From positions 621,488,001 through 621,552,000 of the forward strand of contig NC_091284.1 of NCBI RefSeq assembly GCF_032444005.1: a stretch of DNA of 64,000 nucleotides, in the 5' to 3' direction. The position numbers and the translations under genes are program-made. Source of the stretch: Ranitomeya imitator (taxonomy: Eukaryota). The notes under the pieces are model-generated. The model searched no databases and was not told the DNA's origin. It was given only the letters and a program-made list of their open reading frames with translations. Below are positions 40,496 through 51,635 of this stretch, piece by piece. Every line of letters starts with the position of its first letter. The first letter of the stretch is position 1.

Positions 40496-40917
40496 AGTGA
40501 ATCTGTCACCAGTTTTTTGCTGTGTTCTGAGGGCAGAATGAGGAATAGGTGGAGACACTGATTTCCAGGACTTGTCACTTATTAGGCTGTGTGCTACTCT
40601 TTCAATACAAACAATATTTTATTAGCAGAAGATTTTCACTGCTGGACTGGCTGCCCATGTGCCTTCTTGTCCAACCACTCCCACAGCATTGATTAACAGC
40701 TTACTGTCGATATACAATGTACATAGAAAGCTGCTAATCAGTTGTGTGCACGGGGTTAGCTTTCTGAGCATTGCTACATTTCCTGCAGAGAAAAATCATC
40801 TGTGTATCACAATTTTTGCACCCAGTAAACTAAGTGATACATCACTTGAATCAGGGTCTCTTTCCCTACATTATGCTGCTCTCAGATGAGGTAGCAAAAC
40901 CTGGTGAAAGATTCCCT
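40496..40917. mobile_element. Kolobok/T2-like MITE
   Basis: TTAA|AGTGAATCTGTCACCAG...CTGGTGAAAGATTCCCT|TTAA. Confidence 0.75.
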
Positions 40918-43240
40918 TTAATAATAGAGATGCATCAGTGGTATCTCAGCAACAGATGGTTAATTTGTAGATATAAACGGTTTGCATGTAATTTTTAAGC
41001 TGGAAAATCCTTTGGAGCAGAAGTGCTCCTATGTTATTGCGCTGTTTTCCAGGATTTACATAGAACATATGATTAGAGTCACAAGAAAGTTGTAATCAAC
41101 AAATAGTCTACAAAAAGGAGCTACTTTGATGAAACTAAGTGAACCCAGCAAATATTTGACATGTTAGCTTTTCAGCTCAATTACTGTAAATGTGGAAGAA
41201 TATCAGTCTACTTTTCTGCATAATGTTTTCACAGCCAATATTGATATGACTTACTACTGAGAAGTTCTTCGTGCCCGCTTTGTGCGATGGTCTTTTAACT
41301 GAAAAGAAAAGAAAAAAACTTGGGAGCCGATTTGAAGTGTGACTGGTTAATAATAGTAGTCGATGAATATGTAGAATTCAGCAGAAACAAAAGTCTCATA
41401 CAAATGAATCCGACAAGGTAGCACCATAAAAAAAGATGTTATAGTATAGTCAAAGTATAATGAGAGACTACATAATTGAGCCTTTGGGAATATGAAGCAT
41501 TATTGAGGAATACAGATGCTTAAGTGGTAGCCGTAGAGGTATTAATACAAGCTATAAAGGGGTCAAATAGGGAGCAAAATGTCTAGTTGAGTTACAAAAT
41601 ACAGATCTAATGAGGGTAAACATCTTGTAATTCCCTTTAATGTCACTGCACTCTTTGTTTCAGCTCTTTGACATATAATATGAAGTAATAGTGTGACAGC
41701 CATAAATGCCTGGCTGTGTGAAGCACTAGTACAGTCTATCTAATGTGAAAGGGGAGTAAAGGTTCGGGTCGCTAATTCTGTAAAAGATATTATGGCTGAA
41801 AAGAAAAAAAGCTGAATGGGTAAACATGAGAAAGATCATTATGTGAATACCAAATCCGCACAGCCCCAGAGATAAAATAATGCATGAAGAAAATATCAGA
41901 GGTTGTGGCTCTTAGTGCCGCATGTCTAAGCAGATTAAGATGAAAAACAGAAGTCTCTTTAAAGTCCCAGTACTGTCAATTTTTTAATTTTTCCCTTTGT
42001 TTGATATCATGTGTGTAAGGCCGGGGACAAACACAACGTATTAAAATATGGTCCGTTTTGCACGGACGAGAATCGCACAAATGTTTACAAAACAGTGATC
42101 CGTGCGCAGTGCGAGGATGCAATTTCCTTGCATCAAATTATCCGTGTGACATCCGTATGGCATCCGAATGGCATCCATACGGCGAGATTTTCTCGCCGCG
42201 TTGCAAAACAGACATAGAATGGATCCATGGCCTCAAAAATTATTAAAAACATATATATAGTCTAAATATATATATATATATATATGTCAGTGAGACACAT
42301 GTATATACATAAATTTATATTTCATACAGCGCTAGATAGCAGAAAAGCCGGTAATTACATTGTCGGCTTTTGCTATCTGCTTCCCAAACAGAATATGAGA
42401 CATGGTTTACATACTGTAAACTATTTCATATCCCTTATTTTTTACATATCCCTCACTAGTAGAGTTGAGTGACTTTTACTTTTTTCGGATCGAGTCGGAT
42501 TTTGCGAAACCCGACTTTGTCAAAAGTCGGGTTGGGTGAAATCAGCTGATTATTGCGAAAAGGTGGGGGGCCGACTGAAACACGAAACACAATGCAAGTC
42601 AATGGGGAATCAAAGTCGGCAGTGAGTGGAGGACAGGAAAACACCTACAGTGCCCATTTTAATGCCAAAAACATCAATTCTTATTACTTAAACTTGTCAA
42701 TCTTCATTTACTTTATAATAATAGTTAGGCATTGAAAACTGGGGGTCATTTGGCTAAAGTTGTGGGGGGTAGGGCTGGCTCAAGATTTTCGTGGGCCCAG
42801 GAAATGCGGAATACGTCACGGTGCTGGAGCAGGGAGAGGTAAGTATTACATCTTTGCAAGTGCTGTGATCATGAGCAAGCAGGGGGGCCCACTCGTTGGC
42901 ACTGGCACAGGGCCCCTCATAGTACAGTGGTGTGTTTGACGGCGGGTGGCGCCTCCCACTGGCAGAGACACTTTTGCGTACTATGAGGGGCCCTGTGTCA
43001 GTGATGTCGCCAATGAGTATGCCCCCCACCTGATGAAGGAACCTGCACTTTCATCTGCACCTTCCTCTTTGTCCCCATGTAAGGTGGTATAGTATGTGGG
43101 AAGGGGAACCTGACTTTCAGCAGGGTCAGATTCTGGCTGTGTAGAGTGCAAGGGGAATGTAGTGGTCTGAGTCAATGTACCAGCAGACTCATGTAGCAGT
43201 GGCTGGGCAATGGGCAGGATGAGGAGGAAACACAGATATA

Positions 43241-43782
43241 GGCCCAAAGAATAAAGTAGGCTAAATGCAGTTCAAAATTGGTAACAGGACTAAACAGGCG
43301 GCATTGCTTTGTTCAGTGGAGGACAACTGTAATGTGTGGCAGACACAGTTAGTAGGCCCAAATAATAAAGTAGGCTAAATGCAGTTCAAAATTGGTAACA
43401 GGACAAAACAGGCTGCATTGCTTTGTTCAGTGGAGGACAACTGTAATGAGTGGCAGACACAGTTAGTAGGCCCAAATAATAAAGTAGGCTAAATGCAGTT
43501 CAAAATTGGTAACAGGACTAAACAGGCGGCATTGCTTTGTTCAGTGGAGGACAACTGTAATGAGTGGCAGACACAGTTAGTAGGCCCAAATAATAAAGTA
43601 GGCTAAATGCAGTTCAAAATTGGTAACAGGACAAAACAGGCGGCATTGCTTTGTTCAGTGGAGGACAACTGTAATGAGTGGCAGACACAGTTAGTAGGCC
43701 CAAATAATAAAGTAGGCTAAATGCAGTTCAAAATTGGTAACAGGACTAAACAGGCGGCATTGCTTTGTTCAGTGGAGGACAA
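43241..43782. repeat. 114-bp tandem repeat, about 4.7 near-identical copies
   Basis: ATAAAGTAGG at 43251, 43365, 43479, 43593 and 43707. Confidence 0.95.
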
Positions 43783-43783
43783 T

Positions 43784-44017
43784 CCCTGCCTGTAAAATCT
43801 GGGAAATGAATGGGAAGCATGGGAACGTAGCTACCTAGACTTGCGGTGCTGCGCCCCCTGCTGGCATAACCTCAGATGAACTCGAGAGTGGGAATTTTTC
43901 TGAATGTTTTCTCACGCTCGAGTTCATCTGAGGTTATGCCAGCAGGGGGCGCAGCACCGCAAGTCTAGGTAGCCATTCCCCTGCTTCCCATTCATTCCCC
44001 AGTTTTTACAGGCAGGG
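43784..44017. repeat. Fold-back inverted repeat internal to a DNA-transposon family
   Basis: GCTACCTAGACTTGCGGTGCTGCGCCCCCTGCTGGCATAACCTCAGATGAACTCGAG mirrored exactly. Confidence 0.9.
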
Positions 44018-44572
44018 GTGGCTGCATTAGCAGGCTCCTGCTTGTAAAATTATTTAACCCTTTCTGATGGTTTTACAGCGTGGGACATGACTGAATGACG
44101 GAAGGTATGGGATATTGTTGTTTTTTTATTTTAACTTTGTTTCCGGTGACAAGGGTCTTTAATTGGATTGAGCGTTTAATAAACTATTACAACACCCTGT
44201 GTCTTTATTTCATTAAAATAATGTTTTCCTAATCTGTGTGTAGAAAGAAGAACGTGCTTGTGGCATGGTATCAGGTCAGAAATACAATTACAACAGGGAT
44301 ATAAATAGATTAATTTTTATTATTTATTTGCATGGTAACAATAAATTAAAATTAATTAAATATTAAAAACAATTTCATTATATATACACATGTATGTAAT
44401 TTTATGTGCCCATACCTATTTGGCTACCATTATATGTGGTATATATATATATATTTTATACATATAGCTGCAGCGACTGAATATATGGAAAAAATATGGA
44501 AAAAATAGTACTAAAATAGCAGAGGGTATATCTAAAAACATGTGAAAAAAAGACCCATGTGTGCAAAAATAT

Positions 44573-44605
<33 letters not shown>

Positions 44606-47574
44606 GCAATATGCCTATAAAAGAAGCACTAATTAAAGTGCTATAGTGAAAAGGAGGTGCTAGTGCAATGGGTGCAAAAAACGCTAAGGATATATAAGGT
44701 GCTGCTAGTTATACTCAATATCTCCAGTCACTTACTTTAACCCCTTTACCCCCAAGGGTGGTTTGCACGTCAATGACCAGGCCAATTTTTACAATTCTGA
44801 CCACTGTCCCTTTATGAGGTTATAACTCCGAAACGCTTCAACGGATCCTGGTGATTCTGACATTGTTTTCTCGTGACATATTGTACTTCATGATAGTGGT
44901 AAAATTTCTTTGATAGTACCTGCGTTTATTTGTGAAAAAAACGGAAATTTGGCGAAAATTTTGAAAATTTCGCAATTTTCAAACTTTGAATTTTTATGCA
45001 ATTAAATCACAGAGATATGTCACACAAAATACTTAATAAGTAACATTTCCCACATGTCTCCTTTACATCAGCATAATTTTGGAACCAATTTTTTTTTTTT
45101 GTTAGGGAGTTATAAGGGTTAAAAGTTGACCAGCAATTTCTCATTTTTACAACACCATTTTTTTTTAGGGACCACGTCTCATTTGAAGTCATTTTGAGGG
45201 GTCTATATGATAGAAAATGCCCAAGTGTGACACCATTCTTAAAACTGCACCCCTCAAGGTGCTCAAAACCACATTCAAGAAGTTTATTAACCCTTCAGGT
45301 GTTTAATAGGAATTTTTGGAATGTTTAAATAAAAATGAAAATTTAACTTTTTTACACAAAAAATTTACTTCAGCTCCAATTTGTTTTATTTTACCAAGGG
45401 TAACAGGAGAAATTGGACCCAAAAAGTTGTTGTCCAATTTGTCCTGAGTACGCTGATACCCCATATGTGGCAGTAAACCACTGTTTGGGCGCATGGGAGA
45501 GCTCGGAAGGAAAGGAGCGCTATTTGACTTTTCAATGCAAAATTGACAGGAATTGAGATGGGACGCCATGTTGCGTTTGGAGAGCCACTGATGTGCCTAA
45601 ACATTGAAACCCCCCACAAGTGACACCATTTTGGAAAGTAGACCCCCTAAGGAACTTATCTGGATGTGTGGTGAGCACTTTGACCCACCAAGTGCTTCAC
45701 AGAAGTTTATAATGCAGAACCGTAAAAATAAAAAATCATATTTTTTCACAAAAATTATATTTTTGCCCCCAATTTTTTATTTTTCCAAGGGTAAGAGAAG
45801 AAATTGGACCTCAAAAGTTGTCCAATTTGTCCTGAGTATGCTGATACCCCATATGTGGCAGTAAACCACTGTTTGGGCGCATGGGAGAGCTCGGAATTGA
45901 AGGAGCGCAGTTTGACTTTTCAATGCAAAATTGACAGAAATTGAGATGGGACGCCATGTTGCGTTTGGAAAGCCACTGATGTGCCTAAACATTGAAACCC
46001 CCCACAAGTGACACCATTTTGGAAAGTAGACCCCCTAAGGAACTTATCTAGAGGTGTGGTGAGCACTTTGACCCACCAAGTGCTTCACAGAAGTTTATAA
46101 TGCAGAACCGTAAAAATAAAAAATCATATTTTTTCACAAAAATTATATTTTTGCCCCCAATTTTTTATTTTTCCAAGGGTAAGAGAAGAAATTGGACCTC
46201 AAAAGTTGTTGTCCAATTTGTCCTGAGTACGCTGATGCCCCATATGTGGCAGTAAACCACTGTTTGGGCGCATGGGAGAGCTCGGAAGGGAAGGAGCGCA
46301 GTTTGACTTTTCAATGCAAAATTGACAGGAATTGAGATGGGACGCCATGTTGCGTTTGGAGAGCCACTGATATGCCTAAACATTGAAACCCCCCACAAGT
46401 GACACCATTTTGGAAAGTAGACCCCCTAAGGAACTTATCTGGATGTGTGGTGAGCACTTTGACCCACCAAGGGCTTCACAGAAGTTTATAATGCAGAGCC
46501 ATTAAAATAAAACAAAATTTTTTTCCCACAAAAATTATTTTTTAGCCCCCAGTTTTGTATTTTCCCTATGGTAACAGGAGAAATTGGACCCCAAAAGTTG
46601 TTGTCCAATTTGTCCTGAGTACGCTGATACCCCATATGTGGGGGGGAACCACCGTTTGGGCGCATGGGAGGGCTCGGAAGGGAAGGAGCGCCATTTGGAA
46701 TGCAGACTTAGATGGAATGGTCTGCAGGCGTCACATTGCGTTTGCAGAGCCCCTAATGTACCTAAACAGTAGAAACCCCCCACAAGTGACACCATTTTGG
46801 AAAGTAGACCCCCTAAGGAACTCATCTTGATGTGTTGTGAGAGCTTTGAACCCCCAAGTATTTCACTACAGTTTAAAACGCAGAGCCATGCAAAAAAAAA
46901 AAAAAAATTTTTTTTCCACAAAAATTATATTTTAGCCCCCAGTTTTGTATTTTTCCAAGGTTAGCAGGAGAAATTGGACCCTAAATGTTGTTGTCCAATT
47001 TGTCCTGAGTACGCTGATACCCGATATGTGGGGGGGAACCACCGTTTGGGCGCATGGGAGGGCTCGGAAGGGAAGGAGCATCATTTGGAATGCAAACTTA
47101 GATGGATTGGTCTGCAGGCGTCACATTGCGTTTGCAGAGCCCCTAATGTACCTAAACAGTAGAAACCCCCCACAAGTGACCCCATATTGGAAACTAGACC
47201 CCTCAATGAACTTATCTAGATGTGTTGTGAGAACTTTGAACCCCCAAGTGTTTCACTACAGTTTATAACGCAGAGCCGTGAAAATAAAAAATCTTTTTGT
47301 TTTCCCACAAAAATTATATTTTAGCCCCCAGTTTTGTATTTTCCCAAGGGTAACAGGAGAAATTGGTCCACAAAAGTTGTTGTCCAATTTGTCCTGAGTA
47401 CGCTGATACCCCATATGTTGGGGTAAACCCCTGTTTGGGCACACAGGAGAGCTCGGAAGGGAAGGAGCACTGTTTTACTTTTTCAACGCAGAATTGGCTG
47501 GAATTGAGATCGGACGCCATGTCGTGTTTGGAGAGCCCCTGATGTGCCGAAACAGTGGAAACCCCCCAATTATA

Positions 47575-47713
47575 ACTGAAACCCTAATCTAAACACACCC
47601 CTAACCCTAATTCCAACGGTAACCCTAACCACACTTCTAACCCTGACACACCCCTAACCCTAATCCCAACCCTGTTCCCAACTGTAAATGTAATCTAAAC
47701 CCTAACCCTAACT
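47575..47713 (-). repeat. Degenerate telomere-like (CCCTAA)n tract running into a gap
   Basis: ACCCTAATCTAAAC...CCCCTAACCCTAA...AACCCTAACCCTAACT. Confidence 0.8.
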
Positions 47714-47995
47714 NNNNNNNNNNNNNNNNNNNNNNNNNNNNNNNNNNNNNNNNNNNNNNNNNNNNNNNNNNNNNNNNNNNNNNNNNNNNNNNNNNNNNNN
47801 NNNNNNNNNNNNNNNNNNNNNNNNNNNNNNNNNNNNNNNNNNNNNNNNNNNNNNNNNNNNNNNNNNNNNNNNNNNNNNNNNNNNNNNNNNNNNNNNNNNN
47901 NNNNNNNNNNNNNNNNNNNNNNNNNNNNNNNNNNNNNNNNNNNNNNNNNNNNNNNNNNNNNNNNNNNNNNNNNNNNNNNNNNNNNNNNNNNNNNN
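47714..47995. other. Assembly gap (N run)
   Basis: Direct reading. Confidence 1.
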
Positions 47996-49499
47996 TGGAA
48001 ATAAATACATTTTTTTTATTTTTCCCTAACTAAGGGGGTGATGAAGGGGGGTTTGATTTACTTTTATAGCGAGTTTTTTAGCGGATTTTTATGATTGGCA
48101 GCCGTCACACACTGAAAGACCCTTTTTATTGCAAAAAATATTTTTTGCAATACCACATTTTGAGAGCTATAATTTTTCCATATTTTGGTCCACAGAGTCA
48201 TGTGAGGTCTTGTTTTTTGCGGGACGAGTTGACGTTTTTATTGAAAACATTTTTGGGCACGTGACATTTTTTGATCGCTTTTTATTCCGATTTTTGTGAG
48301 GAAGAATGACCAAAAGCCAGCTATTCATGAATTTCTATTGGGGGAGGCGTTTATACCGTTCCGCGTTTGGTAAAATTGATAAATCAGTTTTATTCTTCGG
48401 GTCAGTACGATTACAGCGATACCTCATTTATATAATTTTTTTATGGTTTGGCGCTTTTATACGATAAAAACTATTTTACAGAAAAAATAATTATTTTTGC
48501 ATCGCTTTATTCTCAGGACTATAACTTTTTTATTTTTTTGCTGATGATGCTGTTTGGCGGCTCTTTTTTTGCGGGACAATATGACGCTTTCAGCGGTACC
48601 ATGGTTATTTATATCTGTCCTTTTGATCGCGTGTTATTCCACTTTTTGTTCGGCGGTATGATAATAAAGCGTTGTTTTTTGCCTCGTTTTTTTTTTTTTT
48701 CTTACGGTGTTTACTGAAGGGGTTAACTAGTGGGACAGTTTTATAGGTCGGGTCGTTACGGACGCGGCGATACTAAATATGTGTACTTTTATTGGGTTTT
48801 TTTTTTATTTAGATGAAGAAATGTATTTATGGGAATAATATATTTTTTTTTTTTCATTATTTTGGAATATTTTTTTTTATTTTTTTTACACTTTTGGAAA
48901 AATTTTTTTTTACTTTTTTACTTTGTCCCAGGGGGGGACATCACAGATCAGTGATCTGACAGTTTGCACAGCACTCTGTCAGATCACTGATCTGATATGC
49001 AGCGCTGCAGGCTTCACAGTGCCTGCTCTGAGCAGGCTCTGTGAAGCCACCTCCCTCCCTGCAGGACCCGGATCCGCGGCCATCTTGGATCCGGGGCTGG
49101 AGGGAGCAGGGAGGGAGGTGAGACCCTCGCAGCAACGCGATCACATCGCGTTGCTCCGGGGGTCTCAGGGAAGCCCGCAGGGAGCCCCCTCCCTGCGCGG
49201 TGCTTCCCTGCACCGCCGGCACATCGCGATCATCTTTGATCGCGGTGTGCCAGGGGTTAATGTGCCGGGGGCGGTCCGTGACCGCTCCTGGCACATAGTG
49301 CCGGATGTCAGCTGCGATAAGCAGCTGACACCCGGCTGCGATCGGCCGCGCTCCCCCCGTGAGCGCGGCCGATCGGCTATGACGTACTATCCCGTCCAGG
49401 GTCAGATAAGCCCAGGGCACCTCGACGGGATAGTACGTCTAAGGTCACAGAGGGGTTAATATATATGGGTATTGGGTAGGTAGCCAGTGCGGTATGATG

Positions 49500-49543
49500 C
49501 ACCCCGACGCGCGTTTCGGACGCTTAGCTCCTTCGTCAGGGGG
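49500..49543 (-). ncRNA. Minimal type-I hammerhead ribozyme motif (mirror copy)
   Basis: CCCC-CUGACGA-AGGAGCUAAGCGUCC-GAAAC-GCGC-GUC-GGGG; stem III is the palindrome ACGCGCGU; activity untested. Confidence 0.7.
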
Positions 49544-49547
49544 ACTA

Positions 49548-49593
49548 CACCCCCTGACGAAGGAGCTAAGCGTCCGAAACGCGTGTCGGGGTG
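49548..49593 (+). ncRNA. Minimal type-I hammerhead ribozyme motif
   Basis: CACCCC-CUGACGA-AGGAGCUAAGCGUCC-GAAAC-GCGU-GUC-GGGGUG: 6-bp stem I, intact core, GUC cleavage triplet at 49585-49587; activity untested. Confidence 0.75.
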
Positions 49594-49637
49594 CATCATA
49601 CCGCACTGGCTACCTACCCAATACCCATATATATTAA

Positions 49638-50767
49638 CCCCTTCATGACCGGGGGATTTTTCGTTTTTCCGTGTTCGTTTTTCGCTCCCCTCCTTCCCAG
49701 AGCCATAACTTTTTTATTTTTCTGTCAATTTGGCCATGTGAGGGCTTATTTTTTGTGGGACGAGTTGTACTTTTGAACGACATCATTGGTTTTAGCATGT
49801 CGTGTACTAGAAAACGGGAAAAAAATTCCAAGTGCGGTGAAATTGCAAAAAAAGTGCAATCCCACATTGGTTTTTTGTTTGGCTTTTTTGCTAGGTTCAC
49901 TAAATGCTAAAAATGACCTGCCATTATGATTCTCCAGGTCATTACGAGTTCATAGACACCAAACATGACTAGGTTATTTTTTATCTAAGTGGTGAAAAAA
50001 AATTCCAAACTTTGCTAAAAAAAAAAAAAAAATTGCGCCATTTTCCGATACTCGTAGCGTCTCCATTTTTCATCATCTGGGGTCGGTTGAGGGCTTATTT
50101 TTTGCGTGCCGAGATGATGTTTTTAATGATAGCATTTCGGTGCAGATACGTTCTTTTGATCGCCCGTTATTGCATTTTAATGCAATGTCGCGGCGACCAA
50201 AAAAACGTAATTCTGGCGTTTCGAATTTTATTCCCACTACGCTGTTTAGCGATCAGGTTAATACTTTTTTTTAATTGATAGATCGGGCGATTCTGAGCGC
50301 GGCGATACCAAATATGCATAGATTTGATATTTTTTTTATTGATTTATTTTGATTGGGGCGAAAGGGGGGTGATTTAAACTTTTATGTTTTTTTTTTTTTT
50401 TCACATTTTTTTAAACTTTTTTTTTTAACTTTTGCCATGCTTCAATAGCCTCCATGAGAGGCTAGAAGCAGGCATAGCACGATCGGCTCTGCTACATAGC
50501 AGCGATCTGCTGATCGCTGCTATGTAGCAGAATTGCACGTGTGCTGTGAGCGCCGACCACAGGGTGGCGCTCACAGCGACGGGCAATCAGTAACCATAGA
50601 GGTCTCAAGGACCTCTATGGTTACCATTCACAAGCATCGCCGACCCCCGATCATGTGACGGGGGTCGGCGATGACGTCATTTCCGGCTAGTTAACTAGTT
50701 AATAGGTGCGGGCAGATCGCGATTCTGCCCGCGCCTATTACGGGCACATGTCAGCTGTTCAAAACAG
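49638..50767. mobile_element. Truncated inverted copy of the 10864-12147 piggyBac-like MITE
   Basis: TTAA|CCCCTTCATGACCGGGGGATTTTTCG...; matches the reverse complement of ~10965-12147. Confidence 0.85.
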
Positions 50768-51230
50768 TGTGTGTATTATTAAGCCTTTATTTCTGTAGGA
50801 GTAATAATGGATAGGTGTCTTATTGATGCCTTTCCATTATTAACCTGGCTTAATGTCACCTTACAATAGCAAGGTGACATTAACCCTTTATTACCCCATA
50901 TCCCACTGCTACTTGGGAGTGGGAAGAGAGTGGCCAAGTGCCAGAATAGGCGCGTTTTCCAGATGTGCCTTTTCTGGGGTGGCTGGGGGCAGATGTTTTT
51001 AGCCAGAGGGGCAATAACCATGGTCCCTCTCTAGGCTATTAATATCTGCCCTCAGTCACTGGCTTTACCACTCTGGCGGAGAAAATTGTGCGGGAGCCCA
51101 CGCCATTTTTTTCCGTGACTTAACCCTTTATTTTAACAACTAGAGTCCCCAAATTTTGCACACAGACACTTCTAACATTACTAGTGAGGGATATGTAAAA
51201 AAATAAGGGATATGAAATGGTTTACCATGT
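50768..51230 (-). repeat. Fragment of the composite family seen at ~7270-7730, inverted
   Basis: ORF 50779-51021 (-) is nearly the same peptide as ORF 7477-7701 (+). Confidence 0.8.
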
Positions 51231-51459
51231 GTAATCCGATTTTTTCTCAGCCCCATAGAATTTCATTGGCAATTCTCGGCCGAGATACGCTGACAATCGC
51301 AGCATGCTGCGATTTCACTCGGATCCTGAATACGGCCGAGAAAACAACGGATAATAGGAGCTGCCCCATTGATTAACATTGAGCCGAGTGCTATGCGATT
51401 TTTTTATCGCATTGCACTTGGCCGTATTACGGTCTAGTGTGACTCAGGCCTAAGTGAAA

Positions 51460-51635
51460 GGCCGGGATCACACATGCAAGAAATACGGGCGAGTCTTGCA
51501 TGTTAATACTCGGCATTGCCACCGTCACTCAGGAGCAATACATGCAGCCACATGCTCCGCTCCTGAGTGATGGCAGCAGTGCCGGGTATTAACATGCGAG
51601 ACTCGGCCGTATTTCTAACACGTGTGATCCCGGCA
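51460..51635. mobile_element. Harbinger-like palindromic MITE
   Basis: GGCCGGGATCACAC...GTGTGATCCCGGC; related to 53937-54153. Confidence 0.65.

Larger units (their letters stand above)
42460..44240. mobile_element. hAT-like composite repeat region
   Basis: Left end TAGAGTTGAG...CGAGTCGG...CGAAACCCGAC as at 6999; contains a 114-bp array and a fold-back; right boundary approximate. Confidence 0.5.
44741..49455. mobile_element. Large piggyBac-like non-autonomous element, related to 26654-29390 but inverted, with a ~390-bp array and telomere-like repeats
   Basis: TTAA|CCCCT...AGGGG|TTAA (44737-44740, 49456-49459); GAACT(T/C)ATCT marker at ~45652, 46039, 46431, 46819 and 47208. Confidence 0.8.
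49460..49633. repeat. Near-perfect palindrome (84-bp arms, 6-nt loop ACTACA, one mismatch)
   Basis: Arms 49460-49543 and 49550-49633 read directly. Confidence 0.97.

Noticed and set aside
43784-44017. Fold-back as another hammerhead element or pre-miRNA
   Set aside because: No CUGANGA/GAAA motif; it is an internal palindrome of a DNA-transposon family also seen at ~7800-8070.
47575-47713. True telomere or chromosome fusion site
   Set aside because: Degenerate, single orientation, and enclosed within a TTAA-bounded element.
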